Below, in pieces: positions 1-11,539 of a DNA stretch of 64,000 nucleotides (positions are counted from its first letter, which is position 1; the number at the start of each line of letters is the position of its first letter). A model generated the notes under the pieces. The model made no database searches. It saw only the letters and a program-made list of their open reading frames with translations, and was not told the origin of the DNA. The translations under genes and the position numbers were made by a program. The DNA comes from Haliotis cracherodii. Taxonomy: Eukaryota. The stretch is from positions 54,746,001 to 54,810,000 of the forward strand of contig NW_027266308.1 of assembly GCF_022045235.1 (NCBI RefSeq). The letters are read 5' to 3'.

Positions 1-323
1 TCAGAAAGGCAGAATATAGAGATTAACTGGTGGGTTGGGGCTGTTTCCTGCCTGTGGGCTGTGTGCTGCTCTTGTATCCAACTCTGTTAGCACAGTCTTG
101 AATAATAATTTTAAGTTACAATGTTGCTTTCAGTGCGGGTGCCATGATCTACAATACAGATACCGATTAAATGTGGCACAGGTTGACTCGGAGTGTAACG
201 CGGCTTCGAACAGTATTTCAGTCTTACCACGGCATGCCTGTTTGATGTGGGAGAAAAGCTCCAAGTGGCGCAGATCGTAGACCTTCGTCTCTAACCTTGC
301 ACCGACGCATTCTGTTCTTAATA

Positions 324-604
324 AGTGAGTGAGTGAGTTGGGTTTAACGCCGCTTTTAACAGTATTCCAGTTGTATCACGGCGTGTCAGCTTTATGTGAG
401 AGGAAAGCCCGAAGTGACGCAGGTATCAGACGTTTACCACTTCGATGAAACCCACGAGCACGGGTATGGTGCTGACAAACCTAGAAACATAATCGGAGCG
501 AACCGGGATTCGAACCCACGATCATAGGTTTCTGGCGTGTCCAAGGGACGCAACTCTGCACACCGAATCGCGGCGCTTTAGACGACTGTGCCAACCGTGG
601 CCCC
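324..604 (-). mobile_element. SINE family A (tRNA-derived, ~280 bp, (CTCA)n tail)
   Basis: A-box/B-box-like head (GGTGGCCCAGTCGTCTAAGGCGC...GGTTCGAATCCC), body TTTCCTCCCACATTAAGCTGACACGCCG and shared stem-loop tail. Many copies in the window. Confidence 0.85.
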
Positions 605-750
605 CTGTTCTGAATAAGAGCCACAGTGGAAACTAATGTTGTCCCAATGCACACACGCGAATACATTAACTTTTTTCTCAGATTGTACAAAATACGCGAA
701 GTGTAACTTGTTAGCATACCACAACAATCAGTGCATGCGCACCAAGGAAG

Positions 751-785
<35 letters not shown>

Positions 786-890
786 CCCCACCCCACCTCA
801 TACCTTAACATTTGATAAATAAGAGTAAGACAGTGGGCACAGACATAGTTTGTGTGGTTTGTTCTGCTATTAAGGCTGCTGTTTAATGCT

Positions 891-3800
891 TTATTCTACA
901 GCGTCGTCGTCATGTTTCCAGTCTCTGTCCACGGAGACGCTGAAGAGGATGCCGGACACGAGGTAGAGTCCCCCAGCCGCCAAAGTCAGCCAGAAGGCGA
1001 ACAGGAAATTGATCGAGGCGTCGAGTATCTTAGCTTGAACTCCGTATAGGGTTAATCCTGCGATCAACAGAATAGCTGCAAAAATAAAGTGTAGTACTTT
1101 AGGTGTTGATATCATGACCAATCTTCGTTTAATCCACGCAACAATCTGAAACATTGAAATGATAAAAGCAATCGATGACGTACCCTTAGAAGCATTACAA
1201 TCTTTGATATGCACACTAGTTTGTATGGGAGGTGAGCTACTTTAGTTTGCTAAGAACGGCCGGCGTACATGGCTACTCACTCACTAAAATGTTTGTGAAT
1301 AAGAAGTTAGGATATATACAGTTAATAATTTTTGTACCGCGTAGGAGGACACTATTCATCGCGCAAATGAACACCTGTCCTACCAGAGGAGCGTGATTTG
1401 TGAGGATTTAAACCCTTCCAGACCAGAAGACGCGCATTGTGAGGATTTAACCCCTTACATACCAGAAGACGCGCATTGTGAAGATTTAACCCCCTACATA
1501 CCAGAAGACGCGCATTATGAGGATTAAAACCCTTACATACCAGAAGACGCGCATTGTGAAGATTTAACCCCCTACATACCAGAAGACGCGCATTATGAGG
1601 ATTAAAACCCTTACATACCAGAAGACGCGCATTGTGAAGATTTAACCCCTTACATACCAGAAGGGTGTCCTGTGCGAGGATTTAAACCCTTTCCGACCAG
1701 GAGGACGTACATATTGAGGATTGAACACATCAGCAGCCAGACGGGTCTGCATTGTGAGGATTTTACCCCTTTTCGCTAAGGATGACGTATATAGTAAGGG
1801 TTGAACACGTTAGCAGCAAGAATGACGCATATAGTGAGGGTTGAACACCTTAGCAGCAGGAAGGACGTATATAGTGAGGGCTGAACACTTCAGCAGCCAG
1901 CAGGACGTATATAGTGAGGGCTGAACACTTCAGCAGCCAGCAGGACGTATATAGTGAGGGCTGAACACTTCAGCAGCCAGCAGGACGTATATAGTGAGGA
2001 TTGAACACCTTAGCAGCTAGAAGGACGTATATAGTGAGGATTGAACACCTTAGGAGCCAGCAGGACGTATATAGTGAGGATTGAACACCTTAGGAGCCAG
2101 CAGGAGGTATATAGTGAGGATTGAACACCTTAGCAGCTAGAAGGACGTATATAGTGAGGATTGAACACCTTAGGAGCCAGCAGGACGTATATAGTGAGGG
2201 TTGAACACCCTAGCAGCTAGAAGGACGTATATAGTGAGGATTGAACACCTTAGGAGCCAGCAGGACGTATATAGTGAGGATTGAACACCTTAGGAGCCAG
2301 CAGGACGTATATAGTGAGGGTTGAACACCCTAGCAGCCAACAGGACGTATATAGTGAGGGCTGAACACTTCAGCAGCCAGCAGGACGTATATAGTGAGGA
2401 TTGAACACCTTAGCAGCCAGCAGGACATGCTCAGTTAGAATGACTGAATCCCTTACCTGCCAGAAGGGCATGTATAGTGAGAAGGATCCCGCAGGTGTTG
2501 AAGCAGTTGAACAGACAGGCAGAGCACATTATAGACAGTGCGATGATAACGCCGATGAAGGCCAAACCAAGACCGACTGTCTGCAGCACTTGGTTAGCAA
2601 TGAACCAATCAGAACCTGTCAACAACACATAGGAAAAGGAAATATCAAATATGTTCTGAATGAATTAGGGTGCCGACATCTCTTATGTGAAAGGCTGCTA
2701 ATACTATAATGCTATAATGTTTACCAAACTGTGATATTGGAAATCCTTACTCGACATAACTACCATATCAACCGACAAATATACGGATATATATATATAA
2801 TACTAAAGCACATCTTATCATATAAGAAACTACAAAGGTTGTCAGATATGAATAAATCATCACTTTCATACATGTATATAGAAATGTCACTTTCAGACGT
2901 GTATAAGAACGTCACTTTTCAAACGTGTATAAGAACTTCACTTTCAGACATGTGTATAGGAACGTCACTTTCAGACTTGTATAGGAACGCCACTTTGAGA
3001 CATGTTTTGAAACGTCACTTTCATACATATATAGGAACGTCACTATCAGACATGTGTATAGGAACGTCACTTTAAGGCATGTGTATAGGAACGTCACTTT
3101 CAGGCATGTATATAGGAACGTCACTTTCAGGCTTGTGTATAGGAACGTCACTTTCAGACATGTGTATAGGAACGACACTTTTAGACATGTGTATAGGAAC
3201 GTCACTTTCAGACATGTGTATAAGAATGTCACTTTCAGACATGTGTATAGGAACGTCACTTTCAGACATGTGTATAGGAACGTCACTATCAGACATGTGT
3301 ATAGCAACGTCACTTTCAGGCATGTGTATAGGAACGTCACTTTCAGACATGTGCATAGGAATGTCACTTTCAGGCATGTGTATAGGAACGTCACTTTCAG
3401 ACATGTGTATAGGAACGTTACTTTCAGACATGTGCATAGGAATGTAACTTTCAGACTTGTGTATAGGAACATCACTTTCAGACATGTGTATAGGAACGTC
3501 ATTTTCAGACTTGTGTATAGGAACGTCATTTTCAGACTAACGGGATCGGGTGGTCAGGCTCGCTATTTGGTTGATGCAAGTCATCGTATCCCAATGGCTT
3601 GGATCGATGCTCATGATGTCAATGACTGGATCGTGCGGCGTTAAATAACAAATAAACAAAACAAACATCCGTAAAATACGGACAAACGAGTACGTATCAA
3701 CGTTAATGTCATATCTATACGTTATTGTTATGTATATATTACTGAACGTCAGACCCGTGAAGATCCGGGATAGAATAGGTCTTCGGGAACCCATGCTTGC

Positions 3801-6279
3801 CGTAAAAGGCGACTATGCTTATCGTAAAAGGCGACTAACGGGATCGGGTGGTCAACCTCGCTGACTTGGTGGATGCATGTCATCGATCCCAATTGCGTGG
3901 ATCGATGTTCATGATATTAATCACTGGATTGTCTGGTCCAGACTCGATTATTTACAAACCGCCGTCATATAGCTGGAATATTGCTGAGTGCGGCGTAAAA
4001 CAACAAACAAACCAAACCAAAAGGCACTGCCACAGACGTACACGTGTTTATCTGCACGTCACTACCATGCGTGCACGTCCTGACGTTAATGAAATGCGCG
4101 TATGCGTGCCGTGGTTGCTATGTTTCAATAGAAACAGATGTGCGTTGCCTATTTGCTAAACACGTGTATGTGTGGTGAATTATGCGGTGACATGTTTCAT
4201 ATTTCAACGTGATTTCATTCTTTGTTGCAAAACAGTAAGCAAACCCATATCCCACTGTGTGTACACACAAAACATTTGCGCATCTGTAAAGTACTCTAAT
4301 ACTAGGGTGTTTTTTAAATCATCAGACAAGATACGTGATGTTTATGACGACACGTGACTTGACTGCCACACATTTCTCGACGTGGCGGACTCTGGCATTG
4401 TATGGAGGTACCATATCATTATTGTTGGCTTAAAATGTTTTATATATAATTTACATTTCCTTCTTTGAGAGGCATTTAGAAGCCGCAGTACTAAGTGAGG
4501 ATAAGATTTATGGATGAAAAACTTGTTTATAACAATTAGGAGCGACGTTTTGATGTAGGTACTAACACCGTTATCAAGCAAGTGATGTACAGAGTATGGT
4601 GCATCACTTGCTTGATAACGGTGTTAGAACCTACATCAAAACGACGTTCCTAATTCTAATAAAAAAAGTTGTTCATCCACAAATCTTGTCCTTACTTAAT
4701 TTACATAGTTTGGGGATTATTATATTTGTTAACAATTTACGCTGTAAAGTCAATTCGTTTAAATTTATTGATTTTCAGTTATGATTGATGACCATATGTA
4801 TATAACATAAATTCATAACACGTCCAAATTAAAGTAAGAAAACTACAGTGACGTACAATGTTAGTTTGATTTAAATTGGACGTGGTATATTCCAATGTAA
4901 GAAACATGTTATTTTTGTTTGTTGTTTAACGTCGTATTTAGCACGTGGCGGTGACGTTCAGTAATATATACGTAACAGTAACGTATAGATATGACAATAA
5001 CTTTGATACGTACTCGTTTGACAGCTTGATGCACACATATGGCGGTGACATTCAGTAATATATACATAACAGTAACGTATAGATATGACAATAACTTTGA
5101 TACGTACTCGTTTGACAGCTTGATGCACATAACATGGCGGTGACGTTCAGTAATATATACATAACAGTAACGTATAGATATGACAATAACTTTGATACGT
5201 ACTCGTTTGACAGAATTTCACGGATGTTTGTTTTTGTATTTGTTGGTTTAACGCCGCACTCAGTAACATTCCAGCTATATGACGGCGGTCTGTAAATAGT
5301 CGAGTCTGGACCAGACAATCCAGTGATTGATATTATGGACAACGTCCCACGCCGTCGGGGTACGTTGACACATCAACCAGGCCACCAATTAGTTGCCTTT
5401 AATTACCAGCATTACCAATGCTAACCCGATTCCCCACGGGGCGACACAGATCAGGACGTTGACCACCGTGATGTACCCAAGAACACGGGTCTTGTCCTGA
5501 GAGACCAAGACACATATTCGGAACCATTTTGAGATTCGAACCCACGGCCAGCTATAAAGCTACCTAACTGATACTAACATGCCTCAATCGAGGTATTATC
5601 GAGATGAATAGGTCTATACAAAGTTTGTGTAGCCTAGCCTGTCTTCAATGGAAGTGTGGACTGGTGTCTCGGTTGTTACAATGCTAGTGCAAAGGGAAGA
5701 GAATTTTATGGATGTCAACTTCTTTATTATGTCTGTTTGTTTGTTTGTTTGTTGTTTAACGCCACACTCAGCAATATTACAGCTAAATGACGGCGGTCTG
5801 TAAATAATCGAGTCTGGACCAGAAAATCCAGTGATTGACGTTATGAACATCGATCCACGCAATTGGGTCTTGGGTCTTGGGACCCGATGAAGCAGTAAGC
5901 ATATACTCCGAAACGTTGTGTTTCCTCATAATAAAGAAGTTGATAGCCTTAAAATTCTCTTCCTTATGTCTATCACTTCTAAATGCCATTCAAAAAGACT
6001 TGATATCAGGCAAAGGACGTGTGTAATTGTTTGCCGTGGCTTGGGTTTTAATAATTTAACGGTTAATAATTTATGGGCGAATCTGCACTTACTTGATAAA
6101 GGATTAAACACTGTTCCTTCACAGACTCCATTGCCGCAGATCTGCCACAAGCCTTCGATGTCCGGCGATCTGTTTGACCAAAATGGCGAAGCAAATCCAA
6201 TCGCATTGACGATGAGGCCAAGGAACAGTATGAGAGAAGCTACCTTGAACAGCCTCGAGCATCCCACCAAGCATCCCAT
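891..6279 (-). CDS. PMP22/EMP/claudin-superfamily tetraspan membrane protein, paralogue 1 (3 exons, 176 aa)
   Basis: Exons 6279-6093, 2615-2457 and 1075-891. Both introns are GT-AG, phase 1. The protein MGCLVGCSRLFKVASLILF...FASPFWS...EGLWQICGNGVC... has the W-GLW-C-C first extracellular loop signature, four hydrophobic segments and a short acidic tail ...DRDWKHDDDAVE*. Confidence 0.9.
1380..2430. repeat. 39-40 bp minisatellite in intron 2 of paralogue 1
   Basis: Unit TTGAACACCTTAGCAGCCAGCAGGACGTATATAGTGAGGA with a variant gradient; about 25 copies. Confidence 0.95.
2860..3536. repeat. 27-bp minisatellite
   Basis: Unit TCACTTTCAGACATGTGTATAGGAACG, about 24 copies. Confidence 0.95.
3753..4020 (+). 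mobile_element. SINE family B (no tRNA head; begins ACCCGTGAAGATCCGGG)
   Basis: Full-length copy of the most abundant repeat in the window, ending GCGGCGTAAAACAACAAAC. Confidence 0.85.
4492..4699. mobile_element. Palindromic short element (Penelope-like-derived or MITE)
   Basis: About 95-bp imperfect inverted arms around a short spacer; architecture resembles 34911-35156. Confidence 0.6.
4947..5213. repeat. ~94-bp tandem repeat, about 3 copies
   Basis: GGCGGTGAC recurs at 4947, 5041 and 5136. Confidence 0.9.
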
Positions 6280-6996
6280 CTTTGCTGAACGTTCTGATAG
6301 TTTCTGGCTTCTAAAAGTATGATTTATGACCACTTTCTCATTACTAGAACTGGCGTGATGTGCTTGAAGGGTTGAGGTGTGGGTTAGTTTGCCCCAAAGG
6401 ATAACTGTTGATTATTTATTAGGAATTGGACAACTTGCAGATCACATGACATGTACATTCGTTTTCATTGGTCCAATAAATGTCGTCTGTTTTTCCAAAT
6501 ACATGACTGTACTATCAAATAATTTGAACAGGCGTGGTATGAATAAACGACATTTGCGAATATGATTTATTCTTAACAGGTTGCTTCCAAACAGACCCGC
6601 CCAGCTTAAGTCCCACTTTTATTGGTATCTGTATCGAGGCTGGTCTATTAGGGAGATGGTTGTCATCCATAATATATCGGCCAAAATGTAATGAAAATCG
6701 TATGGATATTTTAGCCCAGTTTCTATCACACTTGGCAGAGCCCCACTCCTACATGAACCTCTCACTAGAAACGCTTTGATGATGTGGCCATACTCCTAAT
6801 GCGTGGACTTAACCATAGTTACCGTCCTGAGAACGTGTAATTATGTCCAGTGACCATCACTGAAGCAGTATCCTGCAGGTAGACATCCAATCCACTGCCC
6901 CCCCCCCCCCCCCCCCCCTCATCCCCCAAACCACCTGGTATCATCATTGTTTCCACGAAATCGTGTTAGGAGAATGTGTAGCTTCCATTTCGTTTG

Positions 6997-7145
6997 GGGG
7001 CGGTCGGGTAGCTAAGTGGGTTAAAGCGTTCACTCGTCCCGCCAAGGTCCCAGGTTCGAATACCGACATGGGTACAATGTGTGAAGCCCATTTCCGTGAA
7101 ATTGCTGGAATATTGACAAAAGCGTAAAACCATGCTCACTCACTG
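6997..7145 (+). mobile_element. SINE family C (tRNA-Asp-like head, ~165 bp)
   Basis: GGGGCGGTCGGGTAGC..GGTTCGA..ACATGGGTACAATGTGTGAAGCCCATTTC..tail; flanked by an imperfect direct repeat. Confidence 0.8.
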
Positions 7146-7765
7146 ACTCCATTTTGCTTGGTTCTTGTTCTCTTTAAAACCAAAAAGCATTCTGATTCCA
7201 ATACCAAGAGAATCTTTGTCGCCACTACTGACTAATAACCACACTCCTTTAGACTCGCAATAGGGTTTACTTAATATATATTTAAAGGTTTCAATAAGTT
7301 TGTATTAACGCGAATTCGCTGTAATCATTAATCAGTGTATGAATTGTTAAATTATTACTTATACAGCTTGATTCATTCCCAATCTATGAGAAGTCTGCCA
7401 CGGGCAATGCATACACTTGATATCTTATTCCTGGTATTAAAAACACATGTAAAAATGGCAGCAGTTGTCTACAGCGCCGCCATTCGCTGTGTAGAGTTGC
7501 GTCCCAGAAACCCATGATCGTGGTTTGCCTTCATTATGTTTCTAGGTTTGTCAGCACCATACTCGTGCTCGTGGGTTTCACCAAAATGATAACTTTCTAA
7601 GACCTGCACTATTCAGGGCTTATTACACAAATTAACCTGACACGCCGTGATATAACAGGAATATTCATTTCAAAGTGGCGTTAAACCAAACTCTCCCCCT
7701 TACTCACATTTAAAATTCAAATGTTCTGGCCAGAATGATAAACAATATGTCGAAGGCGGTCCGGT

Positions 7766-8365
7766 TACTTACTTACTTACATATATTGGAGATTTAACGT
7801 GTGCTTTCCGACTGCTAGCGTTTGTCGCACACAGGCTCGGCCAGGCCATTTAATGTGTTTCCGAAAATGGGAAAAGAGAGTTTGCGCAATCCAGGAGGGG
7901 GGCTTTAGGGGTTGCTTATATAGTAATTTTGATTTGGAATAAATGCCAAGAGTGGGTGGAGGACGAACTAAGGGAGCTGTGTGTGATGGGTGGTTGTTAG
8001 ATTAGGTAGTTTTGGTTTTAATATTTTATTTGGGGTTTAAATGCGACTAATTAGTCCTGGTTTGTAATAGGGATATGCCTAAGCCTTTGAATTTTCCTAA
8101 TTTATTTTGTGGATTTAGGATTGAATCTAGTGTAAGTGTGTTTTTAAGATTTAGGGTGGTCTATAGTGTTGTTCGGTGTGTTTGGTAGTGTGTGCAGTGA
8201 ATGAGTACGTGTTCGGGTGTTTCTTGTTGTTTGCAATGTGGGAAGTTTCCTGTTGTGTGTAGATGAGTTAATTTACGGTGCTTATTTTGTTTGGTGTAGC
8301 CTGTTTGTAGTTTAGTAATTATTCTGTCGATTTTCTTGGATGGGTGGAGTAATTTGAGTTGGTTC
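7766..8365 (-). mobile_element. 5'-truncated LINE 3' end (I/Nimb-like clade)
   Basis: Minus-strand translation IITKLQTGY...PHCKQQETPEHVLIHC matches the C-terminal CCHC region of RNase H-type LINE ORF2. It is followed by a 3' UTR with a stem-loop and a (GTAA)n tail. Confidence 0.7.
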
Positions 8366-8999
8366 AGGTTTTAATTAAATAGTCTCCTCGCATTCAATAT
8401 AACTGAATATAACTTGGTAAAACTTTTAGGCTTGGTCTTCACGATTAACTTGATAACTGTGTTCTCAGCAATATCAAATATGCATCAGCCAGTTGTACGT
8501 GACCTATTATAGACATATCCGAAATGAATATAAACTAATTATGTGTTTTGAAAACAAATAGTAGACACAGTCTGATCGCTGCCATGTAAATCAACTTACT
8601 TTGATGATCTCAGCAAATATTTTCGCCAAATAATATTCAATCAATTGTATTGCTTTGTACTATGTCATCATATAACGTCTAGACTTCAGCCGTCTTACCG
8701 ATACAAAGATGGCATTCACTTAAATGCGCAAGACAACATTTTGATATATTCATTCAATAAGATATTCATGTAAAAAGATAAGATAATATAAGACTTTATT
8801 ACCCTGAAGGATTTCGGGGGAATGATCACCTCAAGGTCCTAAGCTTATTGAAAAAAAAACTACAAAAAAAGAGCATCACAAACGTAATTAGCATTGAATG
8901 CGTCACTAGAGAATATATACTCTGGTTATGAAATACAAGTCTCGGTACGTTCCTAAAGGACCCAGACAGGCATTTTTATCAATCACCTGGGTATACTTG

Positions 9000-9262
9000 T
9001 GAGTGTGTGAGTTGGGTTTAATGCCGTTTTTAACAGTATTCCAGTTATATCGCGGCGTGTCAGCTTAATGTGGGAGGAAAGCCGAAGTGACGCAGGTCTC
9101 AGACGTTTGCCACTTTGGTGAAACCCACGAGCACGGGTATGGTGCTGACAAGCCTAGAAACATAATCGGGGCGAACCAGGATTCGAACCCACACTCATAG
9201 GTTTCTGCTGTGCCCAAGGGACGCAACTCTGCACAGCGAATCGCGGCGCCTTAGACAACTGG
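9000..9262 (-). mobile_element. SINE family A
   Basis: Near full-length copy. Confidence 0.85.
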
Positions 9263-9622
9263 GCCCACTTGTTCAAAGCGATCTACCTTAGCACTACATG
9301 CTTCAACATTGACTTACAACTTACTTAATATTGGGCCTATTATCAGCAAACATAAGTTCTGGTCATTAAACGAGTACTTTATTACTATCGATTACTGTTT
9401 TCTTTCATAAAAAATAAACTTAACTATGAGTATTGAGTAGGGAATCTTATATAGAATATAGAATAGGAGTGTAACTATATACTGCAAACTGATTGGTTAA
9501 AAAACACGTTTTTAAAAAAGATTCGAAGCTCGAATAATACTAAAACAATTATATAACCATACGCTTTACGACCGGGACCGTATGCGTACACATGTACAGG
9601 TGTAATATCCTTTTAAGAAAAG

Positions 9623-9972
9623 GACCGCCTCCGTGGTCTAATGGTAGAGCCACCGCCCGGAGAGCGGAACGTCCGGGGTTCGATCCCCAGACGATAGACG
9701 ATAAAAAATGGTACTTGTTGTTACCCTGTCTGGCGCTCGGCATTAAGGGGCTAAAAGAAGAACTGGTCGGCTCGGAGTCAGTATACTGTGTCTGAGTGGG
9801 GTATTCATGTTAAACTGCGGCATGGTATCTCAGTGTGCTAGCACTATAGATCGGCATCAGTCCGGACTAGTACAAGCAGCCACACACACACACATACACG
9901 TGCATGCATGTCGCTATATAAGTGCAATAATCTTGGACACGACGTTAAACCCCATTTCACCTCACCACCACC
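9623..9972 (+). mobile_element. SINE family D (tRNA head + Meta/RUDI-like central domain, internal (CA)n)
   Basis: GACCGCCTCCGTGG..GGTTCGATCCC head; AAAAATGGTACTTGTTGTTACCCTGTCTGGCGCTCGGCATTAAG central domain; CACCTCACC tail. Confidence 0.8.
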
Positions 9973-10099
9973 TTTCAAGAAAGTGAGTGAGTGAGTATGG
10001 TTTTACGCCGCTTTTAGCAATAATCCAGCAATATCACGGCGGGCCTTTGAAGAAAGAATGGCCACACTGGCTGCTGTGGTTTTGACGAACTGAATCCTT

Positions 10100-10950
10100 G
10101 CTATCTGGCTTTTTGGCAACCCATACAGAAGGACATTACAATAGTCTTGACGAGATATCACGAATGCCTATATGAGAGATGCAGCCACACGTGATATTGA
10201 GGCATTTCCTGATAGGCCAATATCTCAGATATTGAAATATGTCAGGATGTAGACGATACCGGTGTGATCGCCAAGGCTGAAAGTAGAGCCCTCTATAGCC
10301 AATATTGCACACAGTTGTGCTTGGCTCCATAACACTGTCGCCTAATTTGAATGACAATAGTGACAGACTGGCAATCTGGATTGAGGGCTTCTCGTCAAAG
10401 AGTTGACAGAAATAAAGTATTCTCTGATATCAGCAAAAGATATGCGCCACCGATGTTCTGCTGCACGGTGTGCATGTCATGTACAGTTGAGTGGCGTCTG
10501 CATCCATATGGAACTGCGAACCAGATCGTCTGATAATGTGTTCCAGAGGTGATATGTAGATAGTGAACAGACTCGGTCCTAGGAAGGATCCCTGCGGAAC
10601 ACCGAACAGTAATGTCTTCTTTCTTCGAACCAATTCCATCAATGTAAACAGATTGCTGTCGACCTGAGATGTAAGATGTAGTCCATACCGTAGGTTTTTT
10701 TCTGCTGATACCAATTCTCTTTTCGAGCAATGACAGGACAGACCTAACAACACGCGAATGAGAGCTTCCTCGGCACATTGCAGACTGGTAATTGGAACTA
10801 ACACTAATACAGTTTCAGTACTATGATCCTGTTTCGACATAGCGAAAGGGATATCACGTTAATTAAGTTTTATCAGTTACGATTTAGTTGCATTTGCCTC
10901 ATTCCTAACCAGATGGGTCCACCTATCACGTAAACATATTCCATTATCCA
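10100..10950 (-). pseudogene. Decayed LINE reverse-transcriptase fragment (CR1/L2-like)
   Basis: Frameshifted ..HSTET..; SYISGRQQSV; GVPQGSFLGPSLFTIY..FHMDADATQLY (degenerate YADD). Confidence 0.8.
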
Positions 10951-10982
10951 TTATATCATGGCATGTTCGCATTCTCTCCACT

Positions 10983-11515
10983 GTGACTATGACAGTCGTC
11001 AAGTGTGAGTAAAACAGTCGTCAAGTGTGACAGTGTGAAAGTCAAGTTTGAGTAAAACAGTTGTCAAGTGTGACAGTAAAATATGTCAAGTGTGAGTAAA
11101 ACAGTCGTCAAGTGTGAGTAAAAAAATCGTCAAGTGTGACAGTAAACAGTCTTCAAGTGTGGCAGTATGGCAGTCGTCAAGGGTAACAGTATGACAGTCG
11201 TAAAGGGTGACAGTATGACTGTCGTCAAGTGTGACAGTATGACAGTCGTAAAGTGTAACAGTATGACAGTCGTCAAAGCTGACAGTGTGACAGTCGTCAA
11301 GGCTGACAGTGTGACAGTCGTCAAGTGTGACAGTATGACAGTCGTCAAATGTGACAGTATGACAGTCGTCAAGTGTGACCGTAAAGCAGTCGTCAAGTGT
11401 GAGTAAAACAGTCGTCAAGTGTGACAGTAAACAGTCTTCAAGTGTGACAGTAAACAGTCTTCAAGTGTGACAGTATGACAGTCGTCAAGGGTGACAGTAT
11501 GACAGTCGTCAAGGT
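10983..11515. repeat. 21-24 bp minisatellite (GTCGTCAAGTGTGACAGT...), left part
   Basis: Directly visible; the same array resumes at 13265-13592. Confidence 0.9.
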
Positions 11516-11539
11516 TGAGAGTCTTTCAGAAAAGTTCTG

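Noticed and set aside
2912-3644. Repeat ORFs (RHVYRNVTF)n
   Set aside because: Minisatellite artefact inside intron 1 of paralogue 1.
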